NCBI GenBank assembly: GCA_051873995.1
Contig: JBJEFL010000028.1
Location: 73,183-137,182, forward strand
From: Bacillus sp. (in: firmicutes)
GTDB taxonomy: Bacteria; Bacillota; Bacilli; Bacillales; DSM-1321
Length of the DNA: 64,000 nt
Direction: 5' to 3'
Under the pieces are notes generated by a model, which was not told the DNA's origin, made no database searches, and saw nothing but the letters and a program-made list of their open reading frames with translations. The position numbers and the translations under genes were made by a program. Every line of letters begins with the position of its first letter. Positions within the stretch are counted from its first letter, which is position 1. Positions 34,560 through 43,723 of this stretch are shown here, piece by piece.

Positions 34560-34608
34560 ATCATCCCAACCTTTTTGATTATTTAGAAAATTAAAAAAGT
34601 AATTCGTT

Positions 34609-34626
34609 TGACTGAACGCTCGCTCA
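34609..34626. promoter_or_regulatory. Palindromic operator candidate (FadR/TetR type) upstream of thiolase
   Basis: TGACTGAACGCTCGCTCA, 15/18 to the palindrome TGACTGAGCGCTCAGTCA. Confidence 0.5.
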
Positions 34627-34772
34627 AAGTACAAAGAAAGCCATAGGGCGAACTAAATTCGTATGTCGCCCTATTAAGTTATTTTTACCAAATTATTCCA
34701 CAAATTAAATTATATAATAAAACCTCGTTTTTATATATAATTTTCGCGAATAAAAGTAATTATTTAACAAAA

Positions 34773-36881
34773 TTACGATACTGCCTTTACTTCTCCCACT
34801 ACTGACTTCTCAAGCAACTCTGCCACATCATAGGTTGAGACCGACTCTTCCACTTCTTTCGCCTTCGTTCCATCCGATAACATGGTTAAGCAATATGGAC
34901 ATCCAGCACTAATGACAGACGGTCTGACAATGAGCGCTTGCTCAGTACGGGCAACATTAATGCGATGCCCCGTTTCTTCTTCCATCCACATTAATCCACC
35001 ACCCGCTCCACAGCACATGCCTGTTTCGCGGTTTCTTTCCATTTCAATCAGCTTCACGCCCGGAATAGCCTTCAAAATCTCCCTTGGTGCTTCATAGACT
35101 TCATTGTAGCGACCAAGATAACAGGAATCATGGAATGTAATGGTCTCCTGCACTTCAAAGGTCGGCTTCAATCGCTCTTCTTTCACGAGCTTAGCAAGTA
35201 ACTCCGTATGATGATACACTTCGGCTGTCAGTCCAAAATCCGGATATTCATTTTTAAAAATATTATATGCATGCGGGTCAATCGTGACGATTTTCTTAAC
35301 ATCATTCTTTTCGAATTCCTCGATATTACTAGTGGCCAACTCTTGGAATACGAACTCGTTCCCTAGTCGTCGTGCCGTATCTCCTGAATTCTTTTCTTTA
35401 TTTCCGAGGATGGCAAATTTCACGCCTGCTTCATTCAATAATTTCGCAAAAGAAAGTGCAATCTTCTGACTTCTGTTGTCATATGATCCCATGGAGCCTA
35501 CCCAAAATAGGTATTCGAATTCTTCTCCTGCTTTTTTAACTTCTTTCACAGTCGGAATATGCACATCATCTCGTAGTTCACGCCATTTCTCTCGCTCTTT
35601 TCGGTTCAGCCCCCATGGATTTCCTTGACGCTCGATATTTTGCATCGCACGTTGTGCATCCGGGTCCATTTTTCCTTCCGTTAAGACTAAATAACGGCGT
35701 AAATCAATAATTTTATCAACATGCTCATTCATGACCGGACACTGGTCTTCACAATTTCGGCAAGTTGTACAAGCCCAAATTTCTTCTTCCGTAATGACTT
35801 CTCCAATTAAACTCGGATTGTAAAGTGACGTCGCTGCTTGCTCTTCTGCGCCTAGACCGCTGGCAGCGACCGCCAGCTGATTTCCCTTGGCATTCGAAAA
35901 AACAAATCCAGGAACCCATGGCTTTTGCTGCGTAATAACGGCTCCTTTATCTGTTAGATGATCACGGAGCTTCAAAATTAAATCCATCGGAGAAAGCATC
36001 TTGCCCGTTCCCGTTGCTGGACACATATTTGTACAGCGTCCGCATTCCACACAGGCATATAAATCAATCAACTGATGCTGGGTGAAATCTTCAATTTTCC
36101 CCACACCGAACGACTCTTGCGTTTCATCTTCAAAATTGATTTTGGTTAATTTCCCAGGATTAGTTAACCTAGAAAAGAAAACGTTTGCAGGACCAGAAAT
36201 CAAATGAGCGTGCTTGGATTGTGGCACATAAACCAAGAAAGTAAACAAGATTAACGTATGAATCCACCATGCGATATAAAAACATACAATAGCCGCCGTT
36301 TCACCTATCCACGAGAATGCGATAGCAATGGCAGAGGCAATTGGTTCGGAAGCTGTCGGTTCATGACCATGCCAAATGAGGGACATTCCGTTACCGACCA
36401 ATGTCGATAGCATTAAACCACCGATAAAAATAATGACAAGTCCTGATTTCAAACCTCTCTTCAGTCGTACTAATTTTTCTATGTAACGACGATAAAACGC
36501 CCAAACAACCGCAATTAATATGATCAATGCGACTATTTCTTCAAAAAAGGTAAATGCAGGGTATAAAGGTCCTAATGGTAAGTGCCACCCTGGCTTGATG
36601 CCTTTAATGATAAAATCAATTGCACCAAACTGTACAAGTAAGAAACCATAAAACAGCATGACATGCATGATGCCGCTTTTCTTATCCTTCAATAGTTTCT
36701 TTTGGCCAAATACATTTCCTTTAAGTAGTTCCAGCCTTTCTTTCACCCGATTGTCAAACTCCACTTTCTTGCCAAGCTTGATGTATTTAATTCTTGTTCG
36801 GATTAAATACACAAATAAGCTAATGGCATAGGCTGTCACAAGTAAAAACGCAATTAAGTTGATCCACAATAAACCTTCCAT
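34773..36881 (-). CDS. fadF: Membrane Fe-S oxidoreductase (heterodisulfide-reductase-like)
   Basis: N-terminal TMs, CVECGRCTNMCP and CTTCRNCEDQCP ferredoxin motifs, CCG domains (HDSCYLGR, CCGAGGG, CPYC). Confidence 0.92.
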   Translation of the reverse strand: MEGLLWINLIAFLLVTAYAISLFVYLIRTRIKYIKLGKKVEFDNRVKERLELLKGNVFGQKKLLKDKKSGIMHVMLFYGFLLVQFGAIDFIIKGIKPGWHLPLGPLYPAFTFFEEIVALIILIAVVWAFYRRYIEKLVRLKRGLKSGLVIIFIGGLMLSTLVGNGMSLIWHGHEPTASEPIASAIAIAFSWIGETAAIVCFYIAWWIHTLILFTFLVYVPQSKHAHLISGPANVFFSRLTNPGKLTKINFEDETQESFGVGKIEDFTQHQLIDLYACVECGRCTNMCPATGTGKMLSPMDLILKLRDHLTDKGAVITQQKPWVPGFVFSNAKGNQLAVAASGLGAEEQAATSLYNPSLIGEVITEEEIWACTTCRNCEDQCPVMNEHVDKIIDLRRYLVLTEGKMDPDAQRAMQNIERQGNPWGLNRKEREKWRELRDDVHIPTVKEVKKAGEEFEYLFWVGSMGSYDNRSQKIALSFAKLLNEAGVKFAILGNKEKNSGDTARRLGNEFVFQELATSNIEEFEKNDVKKIVTIDPHAYNIFKNEYPDFGLTAEVYHHTELLAKLVKEERLKPTFEVQETITFHDSCYLGRYNEVYEAPREILKAIPGVKLIEMERNRETGMCCGAGGGLMWMEEETGHRINVARTEQALIVRPSVISAGCPYCLTMLSDGTKAKEVEESVSTYDVAELLEKSVVGEVKAVS

Positions 36882-37011
36882 ATGCCCACCTTTCCCATAT
36901 AGCGTATAGCGCATCGAAGACGATTTTTGGAGGTATCCCCCTTTCGTCCTCTGACACAATTCACTTAATATGTTTTTAATTTTTTACTATTTTTCCATAT
37001 ATTACTTATTA

Positions 37012-37039
37012 TTATATAATGAATAAGCGCTCAGTCAAC
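37012..37039 (-). promoter_or_regulatory. sigma-A promoter of fadF overlapped by a palindromic operator
   Basis: Minus strand TTGACT-16 nt-TATAAT; operator TGAATAAGCGCTCAGTCA (37020-37037), 16/18 to TGACTGAGCGCTCAGTCA, covers the -35 and spacer. Confidence 0.65.
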
Positions 37040-37238
37040 AAAATTCTAATTTTTTACAAAAATAATATTCTCTTTTTTATGTATGTTTAATTCATTTTTT
37101 TTGAGAAAAAATAATAGGAAAACGGCTGTATTTTCTACTAGAAGGGCCTCATTCCCTCTGTATAAGGCATGCATTATGCAGCAGTCCTCGTTGCATAAAA
37201 AATTATCTTTTTTTCACATCTAACCAAGGAGAATCACA

Positions 37239-38441
37239 ATGAAATTTACAGTACTGGTTATATTCCTACTAATCGTCATTACGTTGTATTTATCTATCGA
37301 CTTCCATTTAGGTCGCAAAAAGCATCTCACTACCGTCAATAAAAATCGTTTTCCGAAGCGTTCGGGTCAATTGTCCCTTTTCACTTCCGGTCCACTGTTA
37401 ATGAAGCAATTATTCGCCGATATTTCTCATGCCAAGCAGCATGTTCATGTTTTATTTTATATTTTAAAAAACGATGATATCAGCCAACGGTTTGTTGACC
37501 TTCTCAAGAAAAAAAGTGAAGAAGGTGTAGAAGTACGTTTACTGCTGGATCGATTGGGTAGCGTAGGTTTTAAACAAACGCATATTGAAGCCTTAAAAAA
37601 TAGCGGTGTGAAGTTTGCCTTTTCCCGAACACCCAAACTCCCCTTTCTGTTCTTTTCTGCTCAAGCGAGAAACCACCGCAAAATAACAATCATTGATGGA
37701 ACAGTCGGTTACATCGGTGGTTTTAATATCGCGAAAGAGTACATCGATGAAGAGCCTAAATTAAGCCCTTGGCGTGATTATCATTTGAAAGTAACAGGTC
37801 AGGGAGTGCAGGATTTACAGACTCAATTTCTTTGTGATTGGCTAGAAGCAACCGGTGAACTCATCCAATGCGGCGGCCAGTATAAACAAACTGGTCAACC
37901 AGGTACGCAGCAGTATCAGCTCGTTCCAACAGAGGGGGTTCATTTAGAGGAGAAATTCCTATCACTCATCCGATGTGCCAAAAGAACCATCGTAATTGGC
38001 ACACCGTACTTCATTCCATCAGAGCTCCTTCTGAATGGATTACTAGAGGCTTTAAAAAGGGGAGTCAATATCCATATCATCCTTCCGTATCAAAGTGACC
38101 ATGTGCTAGTCAAAGAAGCGGCTTATCCCGCGTTACGAAAACTATTGTCATTAGGAGCGACCGTCTTTCAATTTCATGATGGTTTTTTTCATGCCAAATA
38201 CATGCTCATTGATGATGAATTTTTGGATATCGGAACAGCCAATTTTGATAAACGAAGCCTCTTTTTAAATAGTGAAATGAACTGTTATATCTTCGATCAA
38301 GAAAGCATTCAACAGTTTAAAAAGTCCATTCAAGATGACCTCGCAAACAGTACGGAACTATCATTACAGGAAATCAATTCTCAAAATATGGGGAGCCGTA
38401 TAAGAGAGCTGTTAGCAACCAGTTTGTCGACGTTTCTGTAA
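37239..38441 (+). CDS. cls: Cardiolipin synthase (YwjE/ClsB-like)
   Basis: Two PLD HKD motifs (NHRKITIIDG, FHAKYMLIDD), TPYF, GTANFD.RS. Confidence 0.92.
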   Translation: MKFTVLVIFLLIVITLYLSIDFHLGRKKHLTTVNKNRFPKRSGQLSLFTSGPLLMKQLFADISHAKQHVHVLFYILKNDDISQRFVDLLKKKSEEGVEVRLLLDRLGSVGFKQTHIEALKNSGVKFAFSRTPKLPFLFFSAQARNHRKITIIDGTVGYIGGFNIAKEYIDEEPKLSPWRDYHLKVTGQGVQDLQTQFLCDWLEATGELIQCGGQYKQTGQPGTQQYQLVPTEGVHLEEKFLSLIRCAKRTIVIGTPYFIPSELLLNGLLEALKRGVNIHIILPYQSDHVLVKEAAYPALRKLLSLGATVFQFHDGFFHAKYMLIDDEFLDIGTANFDKRSLFLNSEMNCYIFDQESIQQFKKSIQDDLANSTELSLQEINSQNMGSRIRELLATSLSTFL

Positions 38442-38453
38442 CAGGAGGATTTC

Positions 38454-39407
38454 ATGATTATTCGATTAGGCTATGTAGCGACTGCTATTTCGTTATATGA
38501 TGCTTCTCCATCAAAAGCACTAACATTTAAGCGCTATTCCACACTAAGTCCAGAAGAACGGCAAGAAAAATTGCTGAGTGTGACACGTACCAATATCCAA
38601 AATACATTGCGTATGCTGTACTATAATGCATCTCAGCAAATAGAGCTATATCGTTTATCTAGCTCCCTTGTTCCACTTGCCACACATCCGGAAGTGCAGT
38701 GGGACTTTGTCACCCCTTTTCTTTATGAGTGGCAGCAGCTTGGCGATTTCATCAAAAAAATGAACATGCGCGTCAGCTTTCATCCGAACCAATTCACTTT
38801 ATTCACAAGCCCACGTGATGAGGTGACGTTTAATGCCGTCAAGGATATGGAATTTCACTACACTATGCTACAAGCGATGGGTGTTGCCGACCACTCGTAC
38901 ATCAATATTCATATCGGCGGTGCTTATGGTGATAAGAAAACGGCATTAAGCAGGTTTCATCAAAATTTAACGCAACTGCCAGATTGCATCAAAAAACAGA
39001 TGACACTTGAAAACGATGATAAAACTTATACAGCTAGTGAAACCTTGCATGCCTGTGAACAAGAACAGATTCCTTTCGTTTTCGATTATCATCATCACAT
39101 GGCCAATTTATGCGAAGAACCGCTCGAATCATTATTACCCCGCATATTTGCCACATGGGAGCAGGCAGGGTTGCGACCGAAAATCCATGTTTCTTCCCCG
39201 AAATCAGAGAAAGAATTTCGTTCACATGCCGATTATGTTGATCCTGTCTTTCTTCAGCCATTTCTACAGTTATTGAAAAAATACCAAGTAGATGTGGATT
39301 TCATGATTGAAGCGAAGAAAAAAGACCAAGCACTCCTTCGGCTTGTTGAAGATTTGGCAACAATCAGGGGCATAAAGCGAGTCAGTGGTGCAGCCATTCA
39401 ATTATAA
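38454..39407 (+). CDS. uvsE: UV damage endonuclease
   Basis: IRLGY, YRLSS, RVSFHP, LENDD, DYHHH, KIHVSSP, HAD, MIEAK.K. Confidence 0.95.
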   Translation: MIIRLGYVATAISLYDASPSKALTFKRYSTLSPEERQEKLLSVTRTNIQNTLRMLYYNASQQIELYRLSSSLVPLATHPEVQWDFVTPFLYEWQQLGDFIKKMNMRVSFHPNQFTLFTSPRDEVTFNAVKDMEFHYTMLQAMGVADHSYINIHIGGAYGDKKTALSRFHQNLTQLPDCIKKQMTLENDDKTYTASETLHACEQEQIPFVFDYHHHMANLCEEPLESLLPRIFATWEQAGLRPKIHVSSPKSEKEFRSHADYVDPVFLQPFLQLLKKYQVDVDFMIEAKKKDQALLRLVEDLATIRGIKRVSGAAIQL

Positions 39408-39510
39408 GAAAGACGCAAGCGCTCGTAGTCATTGTTCCTTATTATTCGATTAAGATAAAGGAAACACAAAGTACACTAGTCGCTACGTGCTGGAGCTAGA
39501 CAGTTTTCAA
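39408..39510 (+). repeat. Intergenic repeat family B, short copy
   Basis: GAAAGACGCAAGCGC...TTGTTCCTTA...AGATAAAGGAAACAC..AAGTACACTAGTCGCT...GCTAGACAG, shared with 47667-47860; starts right at the uvsE stop. Confidence 0.7.
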
Positions 39511-39535
39511 AATTTATACTTTTAAAAGAAGCTAA

Positions 39536-39565
39536 AAACCCCACAGAACACTTTCTGTGGGGTTT
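39536..39565. terminator. Terminator between uvsE and argS
   Basis: AAACCCCACAGAA / TTCTGTGGGGTTT. Confidence 0.75.
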
Positions 39566-39583
39566 CTTCATAGAATATGCGTA

Positions 39584-41254
39584 TTACATTTTTTCAGGTG
39601 CAGATACACCGATTAATCGTAGTGCATTACTTAATGTAATACGAACCGCTTCGATAAGAGCCAAACGAGCTTTTGAACGTTCTGGGTGCTCTTGGTCCAA
39701 TACTTTTTCCGCATTGTAGAAGCTATGGAATGTTGAAGCTAAATCAAAGATATAGTTTGTGATGCGGTGCGGCAAACGTTTTTCTGCTGCTTCAGCAATC
39801 ACTTGCGGGAATTCCCCTAATTTCTTCAGCACTTCAAATTCTTTTTCTGTTGTAATTTGTGAAAGGTCCAAGTCACCTTCGAAATTCATTCCAAGTTCTT
39901 GACCTTGACGCAAGATACTGCAAATACGGGCATGCGCATATTGAGCATAGTATACAGGGTTTTCATTTGATTGCGAAACAGCCAAATCCAAATCAAAGTC
40001 CAAATGTGTATCCGCACTTCTCATAGCAAAGAAATAACGCGTTGCATCCAGTCCTACCTCTTCAACTAAATCACGCATTGTGACTGCCTTACCTGTACGC
40101 TTACTCATTTTCATTTTTTCTCCGTCTTTGAACAAATGAACAAGCTGGATGATTTCTACTTCTAATTGATCACGGTTATGTCCTAATGCTTCAATCGCCG
40201 CTTTCATACGAGGAATATAACCATGGTGGTCCGCTCCCCAAATGTTGATCAATGTTTCAAAACCACGCTCTAATTTATCACGGTGATAGGCAATATCAGG
40301 TGTTAGGTACGTATATGATCCGTCTTGTTTAATCAATACACGGTCTTTATCGTCACCAAGTTCCGTCGAACGGAACCACGTAGCACCTTCACTTTCGTAA
40401 ATGTGCCCATTATCGCGCAATACTTGAAGTGCCTCATCAATTTTTCCGTTATTATAAAGAGATGTTTCAGAATACCATACATCAAATGGCACACGGAAAT
40501 CTTCAAGATCTTGCTTTAATTTGCCCAATTCATATTTCAAACCATATTCACGGAAGAAATCAAAACGTTCTTGCGCATCAGCGTTCACAAACTTATCGCC
40601 ATACTCTTCCGCTAATTTTTGACCAATTTCAATGATATCTTGACCATGATAGCCATCTTCAGGCATTGCCGCCTCTTGGCCTAACGCTTGTAAATAACGA
40701 GCTTCAACAGAGTACGCCAAGTTATTGATTTGGTTACCGGCATCGTTAATATAATATTCTCTTGAAACATCGTAGCCTGCTTTTGCTAAAATGTTACATA
40801 ACGAATCACCTACAGCCGCGCCACGGGCATGACCTAAATGTAGATTACCTGTCGGATTTGCCGATACGAACTCCACTTGAATCTTCTCGCCTTTACCTAC
40901 ATTACTTTCCCCATACTTGTCGCCTGCTTCTAAAATCGTCGGAATCAAGTCTGTCATATATGAATTATTCAAGTAGAAGTTGATGAATCCCGGTCCTGCA
41001 ATTTCAATCTTTTCAATCGATGCACTTTCTCGTGAGAAGTTCTCGATAATAGACTCTGCAATCATACGAGGTGCCTTTTTCGCCACTCGTGCCAATTGCA
41101 TCGCCATATTTGTCGAATAATCTCCGTGTGATTTATCTTTAGGTGTTTCTAAAATGACATTCGGCATTTCTTCTTGCGTCGCTAACTCCGCCTTTAGAAC
41201 GGCATTCACGATTTCTTGTTTCAGTTGCTCTTGCATTTGTTCAACGATGTTCAT
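39584..41254 (-). CDS. argS: Arginine--tRNA ligase
   Basis: [18 protein letters not shown] (HIGH), [21 protein letters not shown]. Confidence 0.98.
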   Translation of the reverse strand: MNIVEQMQEQLKQEIVNAVLKAELATQEEMPNVILETPKDKSHGDYSTNMAMQLARVAKKAPRMIAESIIENFSRESASIEKIEIAGPGFINFYLNNSYMTDLIPTILEAGDKYGESNVGKGEKIQVEFVSANPTGNLHLGHARGAAVGDSLCNILAKAGYDVSREYYINDAGNQINNLAYSVEARYLQALGQEAAMPEDGYHGQDIIEIGQKLAEEYGDKFVNADAQERFDFFREYGLKYELGKLKQDLEDFRVPFDVWYSETSLYNNGKIDEALQVLRDNGHIYESEGATWFRSTELGDDKDRVLIKQDGSYTYLTPDIAYHRDKLERGFETLINIWGADHHGYIPRMKAAIEALGHNRDQLEVEIIQLVHLFKDGEKMKMSKRTGKAVTMRDLVEEVGLDATRYFFAMRSADTHLDFDLDLAVSQSNENPVYYAQYAHARICSILRQGQELGMNFEGDLDLSQITTEKEFEVLKKLGEFPQVIAEAAEKRLPHRITNYIFDLASTFHSFYNAEKVLDQEHPERSKARLALIEAVRITLSNALRLIGVSAPEKM

Positions 41255-41685
41255 TTATTTTCCTCCTTGTAGGTAATCTTCATTTCATACTGACCCACGT
41301 CAGCTCCGTTCATATTCAAATCATATTTCAGAATCATTTGACCAGACTGCACTGCTTCATCGTATGAATGCTCCAAACTTTTCGTTGTAGTGAGCATTTG
41401 CATGACTCCATATTGGCTCTCATAATTCCCCACCGTCATCAAATCCTTGATGAAACGTTGACGCATCTTCACTTGTCCACTGCGCATGATGAACACTTCT
41501 TCCGGTGCCCACTTTAAGATGGTATGTACATTCCCCATATCCGCTTGTACTTCATCGTAGCGAAGATACCAGGTAACACCCTTCTTTTGTAGCGTTCCAT
41601 TTGTCAGCAGTTCAAATGTATCCTTCTCTTCTCCATTATGAACGGTTGTGTGCAATTGTACTTTTACTTGCTTCAGCTCTGACAT
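41251..41685 (-). CDS. ywiB: DUF1934 family protein
   Basis: Beta-rich, YLRYDE..G..TILK..IMRSG; overlaps the argS start (ATGA) as in B. subtilis. Confidence 0.85.
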   Translation of the reverse strand: MSELKQVKVQLHTTVHNGEEKDTFELLTNGTLQKKGVTWYLRYDEVQADMGNVHTILKWAPEEVFIMRSGQVKMRQRFIKDLMTVGNYESQYGVMQMLTTTKSLEHSYDEAVQSGQMILKYDLNMNGADVGQYEMKITYKEENK

Positions 41686-41929
41686 TACTCTCATCCTTCT
41701 TACTCTATCTAGAAAAGGAACGATTCTTCCTGTTCGTTATCTATAACGTTTCAAAACGCCATACTCTTCCAGAAGGAATGACCTTCCTTAACGAAGAGAG
41801 TTAGCTTCATTCAGTAGTGATCTGCAGCAATAACTGCACGCATCACGGTATTCATTCCTCGCTTATCTCAGTAGAAAGAATCCTTTCAAGGAAGATAAGC
41901 GGAATTCATTTACAATATTAGCTTACATA

Positions 41930-41958
41930 AGTATAAAGATTCTTGTTTTAAGTTTCAA
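41930..41958 (-). promoter_or_regulatory. sigma-A promoter of ywiB-argS
   Basis: TTGAAA-17 nt-TATACT, implying a leader of about 235 nt. Confidence 0.65.
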
Positions 41959-42061
41959 CTATGGGAATAGCAAAGAAATGGCACACAGAAAAAAACTGTA
42001 ATCAGATTACGTATTTGTCATCTGATTACAGTTTAGGTTCCTTACTTCAATACTATTCTTC

Positions 42062-42934
42062 TTACTTTACCCAACCTAGCATCATTTCACGAATCAGTTT
42101 ACTTGCTGTATTGACCGTTTGTTCGGATACATCATAAACAGGCGCTACTTCGACTAGATCACAACCAACTACATTCACATCTGAATTGGCAATGGCATGA
42201 ATAGATGCCAGCAATTCTTTGGACGTGATTCCGCCACAATCAACTGTACCTGTACCAGGTGCATGAGCCGGATCTAACACATCAATGTCGATTGTTACAT
42301 AAACCGGTCTTCCCTTTAATGTCGGCAAAATGGCTTTTAATGGCTCCAACACTTCAAATTTTGAGATGTGCATGCCGTTTTCCTTAGCCCATTGAAATTC
42401 TTCCTTCATACCGGAGCGGATGCCAAATGAATACACATTATTTGGTCCGATATGCTCAGCAATTTTTCGAATAGGTGTAGAATGAGATAATGGTTCTCCT
42501 TCGTACTCTATACGCAAATCTGTATGAGCATCCATATGGATAATCGCTAAATCGCTATATTTGCTTGCTACAGCCTTCATGACCGGCCATGAAACTAAAT
42601 GCTCCCCGCCGATGCCGAAAGGGAACTTTCCATCTGCCAATAATGTACGGACAAAATCTTCAATGACGTCCAAACTTTTCGGAGCATTACCAAATGGCAA
42701 TGGAATATCACCAACATCATGGTACTTCACCTCATCCAATGAACGATCCAAATAAGCGCTATATTCTTCTAAACCGATAGACGCTTCACGAATACGTGTC
42801 GGACCAAATCGTGAACCTGGTCGATAGCTCACTGTCCAATCCATCGGCATCCCATATAATACGACATCACTTTCTTTGTAAGAACTATTCATCCCAATAA
42901 ATACATTACCTGAATAAGCTTCATCAAATTTCAT
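42062..42934 (-). CDS. speB: Agmatinase
   Basis: RPGSRFGP, GGEH, HMDAHTD, DIDVLDP..APGTG, DLVEVAP. Confidence 0.96.
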   Translation of the reverse strand: MKFDEAYSGNVFIGMNSSYKESDVVLYGMPMDWTVSYRPGSRFGPTRIREASIGLEEYSAYLDRSLDEVKYHDVGDIPLPFGNAPKSLDVIEDFVRTLLADGKFPFGIGGEHLVSWPVMKAVASKYSDLAIIHMDAHTDLRIEYEGEPLSHSTPIRKIAEHIGPNNVYSFGIRSGMKEEFQWAKENGMHISKFEVLEPLKAILPTLKGRPVYVTIDIDVLDPAHAPGTGTVDCGGITSKELLASIHAIANSDVNVVGCDLVEVAPVYDVSEQTVNTASKLIREMMLGWVK

Positions 42935-42952
42935 TCTCGTTCTCCTCTTCTC

Positions 42953-43414
42953 CTATTTCGCGAGGTCATCCACAAACTTCGGCGGAACAAATGCCGCTCT
43001 GTGAAGTTCCTTCGTATAATATTTTGTTTCAATTTCACGGAAGCGCTCTTCGTTCACTTCTGTTGGATTATATTTTTAGAGCCTGCTGTAAAACACCATA
43101 ATCCACTTGGATACATCAAAATGTTTGCCTCATACAAACGTGTAATCGGAAAAATTTCTTTGACCACTTTTTGTACTTTGGCAATTAAATCTGCCTTAAA
43201 CCAGGAATTCTCCGATTACGTGCCATTTCATGACACACAAACTTATCTTTCTCCCATGTCATGACCATCTCATTCAGCAGCAACATATTACCCCATTCTG
43301 CTGGTTCCACTATATCTAACTGTTGAAAATTGTTTGTTCCATATGCAATGTTGCATGGATCTTCACCGTAATGCGGACATTCTCCGTTTGCTTTTCGGTG
43401 AACCAAATTCCCAT
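42953..43414 (-). pseudogene. speE: Spermidine synthase pseudogene (two frameshifts plus a large internal deletion)
   Basis: Three SpeE-like segments in different frames: [19 protein letters not shown] / [26 protein letters not shown] / [34 protein letters not shown], then [28 protein letters not shown]; 462 bp against about 830 expected. Confidence 0.92.
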
Positions 43415-43723
43415 CGGTGTTGCTCCCTTTCAAGATTCATAGTTTTTGTACTATACCATGTTCAAGTGAATAGCTAACCTAAAACGGCTTCTCCATATCA
43501 AATAAAGATAGTACCTAACATTCAAATTTTGAAAGACTACCCTTCGCAAAATATTCGAATTTTCTTAAAAATAATAGTACACGAAAAGTATAAATATTTT
43601 TTCTCAGTTTTCAAGAAAAACAACTTGTTTTCAAAGCAAATGTTTAAAAAGAAGGAATTTTTTTCATACTAGTAAAGATTGGATGATTCATCCATGACAT
43701 TTCAGGCGAAAGGATGAGGAATT

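Noticed and set aside
41700-41925. T-box riboswitch upstream of argS
   Set aside because: No T-box antiterminator bulge (GGTGGNACC), AG/GNTG boxes or U-tailed terminator; kept only as an unclassified structured leader.
43185-43433. 82-aa ORF that could be called a novel small protein
   Set aside because: Its middle is frameshifted SpeE N-terminal sequence; it is part of the speE pseudogene.
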